Of a stretch of 64,000 bases of DNA, positions 1 to 9,000 are shown in pieces; the first letter of the stretch is position 1; each line of letters starts with the position of its first letter. The DNA comes from Halocafeteria seosinensis (taxonomy: Eukaryota), in NCBI GenBank assembly GCA_001687465.1, contig LVLI01000084.1, forward strand, positions 186,001 to 250,000. Reading direction: 5' to 3'. Below the pieces are notes generated by a model. The model ran no database searches. It was not told where the DNA came from and was given only the letters and a program-made list of their open reading frames with translations. The translations under genes and the position numbers were made by a program.

Positions 1-12
1 ACTTACTCTTCG

Positions 13-3000
13 TTGTCGGAAGAGTGGAAGTCCATCTGCTATAATAGTTCTGACAATGCTTCTTTGCAGCAGTACGTAGAGTTAGCTGGACGGGATTTAT
101 CTTGGCACTTTGACACGGAGCGTCTGGAGAACTTCTTTGGACAGTGGATTAACGCATTTCATGAACTGGATAGCATCCCCGCCGAAACACATGTTAATTG
201 CGTTGAGGTGACGTTTGTGGGTATCCGGGGCAAACTGAAAAACTTGATCTTGGCCAGAATTGGTTCGGTACTCCAGTGTATCTTAGAGACCTTATTAAGC
301 CGCCTAATTTTTCTCGGATCCTTAATTAGGGCTGCAAATACTCTTGTTAGTACAGACTTTTGGGCGAAGGTGCTCTCAGATTTGAATAAATTCGTTCCAT
401 CCCGCTTCGAAGATGTAATTGAAAGCATACGTAATACGGAAAGCAAGCGGAAGAAATTGGAGATTAAGAACCATTTTGACTGCTTTTCGCCTGACTTGGG
501 CTTTCTCTACGAGGCCTGCCCTTTGTTTCCTGCCTGGTTGAATGAAATTGCTGGTTGTTCTTTAGAGGTTGGATGTTCCAGTTCGCTGTTCGTTACTTCT
601 CAGATGTACGCTTTTTTTCACCGTGATAGATCTATTCGAGCTGGATTTTCTTCAATGGACGAAATACTGAAATACGTGTTGGGTAGTGAAGATGACGATT
701 CCCAACACCACAGCGTGTCTTCCTCGTTAAGGGCGTACCTTGACAAGGAAACAAAGCGAGAAATTACCGCTTTTAACGCCATGCAAAAGATTGCAATTGA
801 AGGGAGAGTGCTGAACGATAGCGTGACAGAGATGCGAAGAGAGTGGGAGTCCATGATTTCTAATTTAAAAGTCTCACGAGAAGCATACTCTGACATGCTC
901 CAGGATACTCAAGTGGAAACTGAGGAGCACTTCAGCAAACATGTACAGGAAGTACACTCTTACCAAGATGAAGTCTCAGAAACGTTCTCAGAAATCTTCA
1001 AGGGTCCAGCGGAGGAGAATCCGGCTAATGTTCATAAGCGGATCAATGCTTGGCCAACACTTCTACAATCCCTGAAAGGCAACATCGGCAGAGTCTACGT
1101 TTTTCTGCATGATCACTTCCAGAGGCTTTGCTCGCTCTGGCGAAAACACTGTAGATTATGTGGTTGCTCTGATTTGCTCTCTGGCTCTGATAATTCGTTC
1201 CTTTCCACAGATCACGACTTCGTGCGGTACTTGGCACTAAAAGAAGCCGGTGACGGGTTACCTGTGAACTCAAGAACATCTCTATATTCATCCGAGAAAA
1301 GCCTGCTAAATCAGTTCTATTTGCTAAGAGAGTTCAAGAAAGTTACAGATGCTGCTCATGATATCTCCATTACGATCGAAGGATACTGGTCCACCAGTTG
1401 GAAAGAATTGGAATTTGATGGCCTTCAGGAAGATGTCAATAGAATTGCATATCTAAGTGAAGAGGTTGTCAGTGGGTTTGTAGACATCCCCTTGTTTAAC
1501 GGTCTAACGAATATGTGCTATGTGCTGAGGTCAGTTTCGCCTTTAGTAGCTGAGCTGCTTGATGGGGCGGTAAAAGCCCGTCACTGGAATCTGATCGAGT
1601 TGGTGACTAAGCAAACGCTGCCCTCTCTGGAGGGATTGCGGTTTGGGGATGTTTTGTCCGTCGATCTTAAGCGACATCGTACTGCGTGTACAGATATTGT
1701 CTCTCAGGCGAAGCGGGAAGCAAAAGTGGAGGCGCAGTTAGTCAACATCAAGAACTTTTGGAAGTCTGCAAAATTGGAATTCTCTGCATACGAAGACAGC
1801 GCTGCTGCCGCTACCGAGTCCTCTGCAGAAATTAAGACTCATACCGTGACAAACGCTGATTGGGTGTTCGAAACTATAGATGAGCAACAGTTTGAGATCC
1901 AAGGGTCTCTTGCCTACCTATCTAGCATGTCAGGTTTTGAGTTGTCCTCAACCCTTGTACGGGAGTGGAAGAGCTCATGCTATAATATGTGTCTAGAGCT
2001 CAGTGAGCTACTCGCGGTCATACGGGAAAATACTCATTTGCTATTGACGGCCCAGAACATGTGGACAACCATGGAGGGAGTCTTTATGAGTAGTAGAGAC
2101 ATTGCCTCTACACTTCCGGAAGATACGCGAAGGTTTACTACTGTGGATACGGAACTATGCGGAGTATTAGATGAAATGCATTCGTTCCAATGGGTTGAGA
2201 ACACGCTTGGTATGAAGGGCCAGGTGGATAAACTTTCTGGAATCGTCACGGAGCTAGAGAAGTGCTACAAAGCCCTGCATGAGTATCTTGATGACAAGAA
2301 GAAGGAATTTCCACGATTTTTCTTCGTCTCCGATGATACGGCACTGAAAATGTTGTCTCGGGGAAACACACCGGAGAGAGCATTACCACTGGTTCAGTCT
2401 TGCTTTCCAAATATTGGAACCGTTTCTCTTGGGAGGAGTGCCGAGGCTTGTTCTGAAACTAGGCGGATGTTTTTATCCGATGGTACTATAGGCAGAACGG
2501 AAAATGTGGATTATAACTTCATCGTGGAACATACTAAAGCCAATGTAGGTTGTAGTTTCCACTCGGTTCATTCTGAAAGAGTAGCACTTGTTCCAAAGTT
2601 AAGGCTTGAAGGATCTGCCGAATGGTGGATGTCGTTGCTCGAACAATCAATCAAGGTAACCATGCGTGGCCTGGCCAAGGACGTTTTGGAAGATGAAGAA
2701 GCTCTTCGGTTTTCCAACAATTCAATGAAATGGGTGTCAAGTTACCCGATGCAGACGGTGTTGATGGCTGCGAGAGTGGCCTGGACTGACTCGATGGAAG
2801 ATGCCCTTGACGCGACAGAATCAGGAGAGTGGGAGGCCCTTAGTCGAATGGAAACGAAACTGAATAACATAGTAGCTACATGTGCTCAGCGGCTGAAAGA
2901 ATCACGTAACGAAGTGCTATTAGAACAAAAGCTAGCATCCCTAATCGTATTCTTCTTGGGAGGACGTGACTGCCTCTACCATCTGAAGGATATCCCCAGT

Positions 3001-6000
3001 CCCGGTGTGGACTGTTTTGAGTGGCGACAACAGATTCGAATGTATGCTGGATACAATGATTCTTCGCCATATGGTGAGCGGCTTGAAAAATTCCTGTATT
3101 CGAAAGATGAACCAGAACTAGCTTCGGATCCGGAGCCCGTAGACTACCATGGAAGGAAATACCCTCAAGAGGAGCTAGGACGCGATTCTGTACGGGTTCG
3201 AATCCTTGGTATGGCTGCTGACTTAGGCCACGACTACGTTGGTGACTATCCTCATCTCGTCATCACCCCACTAACAAGCAGATGCTTTTTGTCGATCGCT
3301 ACTGCGATGCGACTTATCCACGGATGCCAATTGTCTGGGCCAGCTGGTACAGGGAAGAGTGAAACTGCCAAGGAATTCGCACGTCTTTTGGAATATCCGG
3401 TGTATGTATTTAATTGTGGACCTTCCCTGGAGAGTACTTACATGTCGAATGTACTAAAAGGACTGTCGTATTTGGGTGCCTTTGGTTGTTTCGATGAATT
3501 CAACCGGTTAGATATGTCAGTGCTGGCGGCTTGTGCGACTGCTGTTAGGTCCATTTTCGCAGGGCTACTGCAGCTCGCCCAGGTGGGTAACACTGAGTCG
3601 GACGGCTCCGCAGGAGAGGATCGCTTCTTGTCCCAAGGTATTGAGACAAATGTCCTTCTAGATGGAGAGGATATCAGATTAAGAAGCAGTTGCGCGATCC
3701 TTACGACTATGAATCCCAGCTATTCTGGAAGAATTACTATGCCTGAGAGCATCAAGAGCATATTTCGTACATGTTCTATGGTGATACCAGATTCCTCTCG
3801 TATATGCGAAGTACTTTTGTTTTCCAGGGGCTTTGAGTATGCTAACTCTCTTTCCACAAAACTCTTCGAGTGCCTAAATATGGTTCGGTCTATGGTTTCA
3901 CCATCCAAGCAATATGATTGGGGCCTCCGGGCTCTGAAGGGTGTTGTTGATCTGAGTTCCCACTATTTACAAGGAAGGCGTGCAGCAGCTTCGTCGTTTC
4001 ATTCCGAAATCTTACTTGTTTGTCAAGCTTTGTCTGACTTCAAGAGGGGTTCTCTTTTGCCAGCCGACGAGCAGATGTTTGACCAAGTCGTGAATGCCGT
4101 ATTCCTGGAAGCATCGGAGAGCAACAGGACACGTGACTCCAAGAAGTCTGAAGAGAGCAAATTGAAAGAGTCGTGCTCAGCCAGTGGTCTCCAAGCGGAC
4201 TCAAATTTCATCGACTCTCTTCATCAGCTGAAAAGCCTCCTGGATGTACGCCACACAGTGTCTATATTGGGCGATCCATTATCCGGAAAAACGTCGATTT
4301 GGACCACTCTTGCCCATTCACTTTCGAGCGGAGAGCATAGTGTATCCGAAGATGATTTGCTTTCCACTCACGGGACATTTCCCACGTTGTCGAATTCTAG
4401 GTCTCTTTCTTTAGGTATTCAATCTCGTGGAGATGACAATCGAAAAAATATCTGTGCGAGCGAAGTGATTCCGTCAAAGTCGTTTCGAAGGACAGATTTG
4501 TACGGTCACATGGACGTTACTGGTACATGGCAAGATGGTGTCCTGACTCACTTTTTCCGGGAGATGGCCAAAGGTCAAGGACCTTACAGCTCAAGCAAGG
4601 GAGTGCAACAAAAATGGATTGTCTTGGATGGGGATGTCGATGCGGGATGGGTAGAAGATATGAATTCAGTTATGGACGACAACCGAGTGCTAACGTTGCC
4701 CACTAACGAGAGAATATTGATGCCTAGCGATATGCGGATCATATTGGAGACAACAACTTTGGAGAGTGCCACTCCTGCAACGGTGTCGCGGACTGGTGTT
4801 CTGTATGTCCAAGGTGCCGGTGTTCATCGACATATAGTCGATAGTTTTGTCAGTACTTGCAAACAGCGTTACAAGTTCTTGGGACGTGAAGCAGTTGCTG
4901 TACGGTCTGTTATTGATGAGCATTTTGACAACCTTGTGGATATGGTAGTTACCCGATTTCCCCAAGGAGAATCGATCTCTAAAGCAGGACTGGCATCATC
5001 TGTGTGTACGTTGTGGTCTTGTTTGATCAGAGAAGCCAAGCAAACTGTGGCAGATAGTTCGACGACTGTCAGACTTAATATGTCCATCATAGAATCCTTG
5101 TTTTTCTTCGCGGCATCATGGAGTATTCTTGGCTTTTTATCCCACATTTGTTCTGAGAACACTGACCCCTTCCGCCTTCGTAAGCAGATTTCTCAAGTGC
5201 TTTTGGATACGTTTCGAAACGTTTCTTTTTCGTGGCCTTCTCTTGAAGATGATTGGACAATATTGGACTACTGTGTCAACCCGGTCTCTTCCAGCTATCA
5301 AAGTGGGTCTTCTGTAACCTCTGGATCGACATTGTCGCGAGCTGGGCCGCGACAGGTGTGGACCAGCTTTTCAGAAGTCGGAGTAGCTCCTCGCTGGCGA
5401 CTCGCGTCCTGGGAGCCCCCTTATGCGCCTAGTGTGGCTCGTTTTGGACTCCAGAACATCGTTCTCCCTTCCTTAGCCGGCAATGCTGTGGCAACGATGG
5501 CTAGTTTACTACTTAAGCGTAGATATCCGGTTCTCATTGAAGGTGCTCGGGGATCCGGTCTCTCGATGTTTCTGCGTTGGACTGGGCAGCGAGCCCTAGA
5601 GGTCTTCGATAGTACTGTGTTTCAGACGGATGTAAGCGACACAGATTTTCCATTAGAGGAAGTGTCCAAGTCTCCAACTGTTGATTTTGTACGATTCGTA
5701 TCACTTAGCCAGAGGTGGACTTCCAGAGAAATAAAGGACCATCTTGCAGACAACCTGGAGCAAAGAGGGACACGAATGTTAGCTCCGAGAAGACAGGGGT
5801 TTTCCGAACAAGAACCTAAACTCGTATACATTGTAGATGACTGCCACTTGGGCCAGAAAGATTCTTACGGATCTCAGTCCTCTTCAGAGTTCCTGAGATC
5901 CCTACTTGATTTGGGAGGATGGATAGAGCCTCGGAGCGGATTCTCAAGGAAACTAGTCACGGACGTCAGTGTGCTCCTGGGACAGCACATTCCCTGTCAG

Positions 6001-9000
6001 TCGCATCAATGTGTTCCAGAACGTTTAGCACATCGAGCAACTTTGATGCCTACTCTCCCCTTGTCGAAGGACTCGCTGTCAAACGTATTTCAGTACGTGT
6101 TGGACCATTCATCAGGTAGAAGCAACATCAAAGAGCAAGATATTTCTGCCGCTGTCGATACGCTCGCCGAAGCATGTTCATGCGGCACTGATACCATTCC
6201 TAATTTTAGTTATCGCTCTATATTCCGAGTGTTCTTTTCAGCGCTCCAGTTCCTAGAAGATGACGAGGAAAAGCGTATGAAGTCTCTGTCTGGGTTTGTT
6301 AGGGAGGGACTATATGGTAATACGAGGACGCACTATGAGGAATCGAAAGAGGAGGAAGACACTGTTACCTCGATTCCAATTCCCACCCTCTCCAGCAGCA
6401 ACCAGCTGTGTACGTCATACGAGTATACAACCCAGGTATACGCTCGTATCGAGGATCTGTATTGCGACTCTAAGGAGGCTTCCTCCTCCTTTGAGAGCTA
6501 CAACTTTTTTGAGGAGTTCGCCGATGTTGCACTGAAAGTTTTGTCTGCCATCGCCGTACCTAGTGACCATTTCTGCATTCTTGGTCCCAGAGGAATTGGT
6601 AAGCGAGCTCTTGTTAACGTCGCTAGCTCAATATCGCAGGCTGAAATATGGGATTTTCCATCTATGGAAAATCCAAAGCCGTTGGATGCCGCCCGCTCAA
6701 TGCTCCGCCATCTTCTCAGCCACAGTGCCGTTAGGATTGTTGCCTTGGTTCCGCAAGAAAAATTGACTGACGAACTTGTCTACGCCATAATCGAGGAGCT
6801 ATCCAACCCTCTGGTCTTACCAGCGTTGTTTGATAAGGACGATAGGGAATTTGTTCACCAATCCTTGAAACAGCAGGCAAAGCAATTGGGATTGAATGTT
6901 CCTACTGATGATGACAAAGGTGTTGAAGAACTTGGTGCTCAGTTCATCGCGCAGCGACTAACCATTGGAATCGTTCTTGGCGACTCTGCTTCTGAAGCGG
7001 CGTATCGGATTGCTTCCTTGCAGACGCAATTTTCCCAAATCAACGTGGAAAGTTGGTCAGAGGAATCTCATTTTGCGGTGGCGTCCAATATTTTGCTGGA
7101 TGATAGCGTCCAATCGCTAAAAACTCGTCCATCTCAAATATGGAAGGATCTTCTGAAGCTGCCGGAGGAGTTGCAGTTGCGCTATCCGTCTTTTTTCTCT
7201 ATCCAGAAAACTGTGGAGCCTGCCTCTGAAGATTTGTTGATTAGTGTATGTCATCAACTGGTTAGTATATATCACTCAATCAGTGGAGATGGGGCAACAC
7301 TGCCATCCTTTAGCTCGTTTCTCAGCTTTGTTCGCCAGTTTAAGTTGATCTTATTGTGGCACATACAACACTTGCGGAAACAAAAGCATCGTCTTCGCTC
7401 CGGTCTCCAAATGATCGAAGATTGTAACCAGGACACTGCGCGGACTGAACAAGATCTAAAGGAAGCCCAACAGAATCTCTCAAAGAAACAAGCGCACGTA
7501 AATGAACTCTTGAAGGAACTCGAAACCGAAAATGATGAGGCAATGAAGCAGCAAGAAGAAGTGAATAGAGAAAGAGAAATAGCCGAAAACTTCTCGGCCG
7601 AAGAAAAGGAAGCAGAGGCACAAGCAAATGAACAGCTTCAGGATGCTGAACCTGCTTTGGAAGAAGCTAAGGCATCCATAACTTCGTTAGAGACGTCTAC
7701 TCTAACTGAACTCAAAAGCATGAAAAACCCACCAGAGCCGATTCTGGCATTGGGCAAAGTCTTACAGATTCTGCTCGGAAACGACCGAGTGGGTAACTCG
7801 TGGGATGCTTTGAAAAGAATGATGTCTCGGATCGACTTGTTTAAGAGACGGCTTGAAATGTTGGATGCTCGTTTTGATCTGGCAGAGGGGCAGGTGTCAC
7901 GACTTGAGGGCTACGTCTTTTCAGAGATGTTTAACTTCGAGAAAATGAAAGGCACTAACATTGCCGCCGCTCACCTTGCCAAATGGGCTCAAAAGACAAT
8001 TGAATACCATAAAGTGTACAAGAAGATTGAACCGTTGATACAGAAGAAAAACGAAACCGAGAAAAGGCGGCAAGAAGCAGACAAAAAACTTCAAAAGGTA
8101 GAAGGTAAATTGAAGAAGGTTCAGCAACGTGTAGAACGCCTTCAGTCTCAGTACGATGATGCCGACCAGCAAAAGAGGTCGTTGGAGGACGAAGCAACCG
8201 AGCTTCAAAATCGTCTGGAGCGGTCTCGGAGGATTATTGAAAGCTTAAGTTCTGAGCAGGAACGTTGGCGTGACATCTTGGAGGAGAAAACCGAGGAATT
8301 CTCAGAATCGTGTCAAATGTCAATTTTGATGGCAGCTTTCACTCAATTCTCTGGTAGATTTGTAGCAGATATGCGACATGCTCTTCAGAAGAAATGGGAG
8401 TCAATTGTCGACTTCCATGGATTTCTAGATTTAGAAACAATAAAAGGATGGCTAGTTGATCAAGCTACGAGCTCAGAATGGCGTGCTACAGGACTCCCGC
8501 CCGATCCCATCAGCATTCAAAACGGCGCTATCGTTTTTTCGTCGCCCAGTTGGCCACTTATCTATGATCCTGAAGGTGAGTTTTCTCGCTGGTTAATTCG
8601 CCTCTTGGGAAGCTACGACAATGATGCACTCCGAGTGTTTTCCTCGTTCAATGAATTCATTCCAAAGCGAGCTCATGAGGAGGACGTTAAGCTTAACCCT
8701 GTCCGAGAACTCGCCGCGACAGGCGGTTCGATGGTAGTGAAAGACCTGTCACCCCAAGCGTACCCGCAGAGTTTGGAAGACTTGCTTCATCAGAAATTCG
8801 AGATGTCAATCAGCACTCATCTTGGTACATGCAAATGGAACGTCAGGATTGGCAGTAGGCTTATTCTTCTCGATCCATCTTTCCTGTTGTTTATTTGCGC
8901 GAGACAGTATAATGATGTGGTAAACAGTTCCAGTCCGTTCATGACGTTCATAAACGGTGAGACCAACCAGGCATCTATGGAAACCACTCTACTTGGCCAC

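Noticed and set aside
3195..3210. GGTTCGAATCC, a tRNA T-loop-like motif
   Set aside because: It lies inside the dynein CDS and I saw no cloverleaf or A-box.
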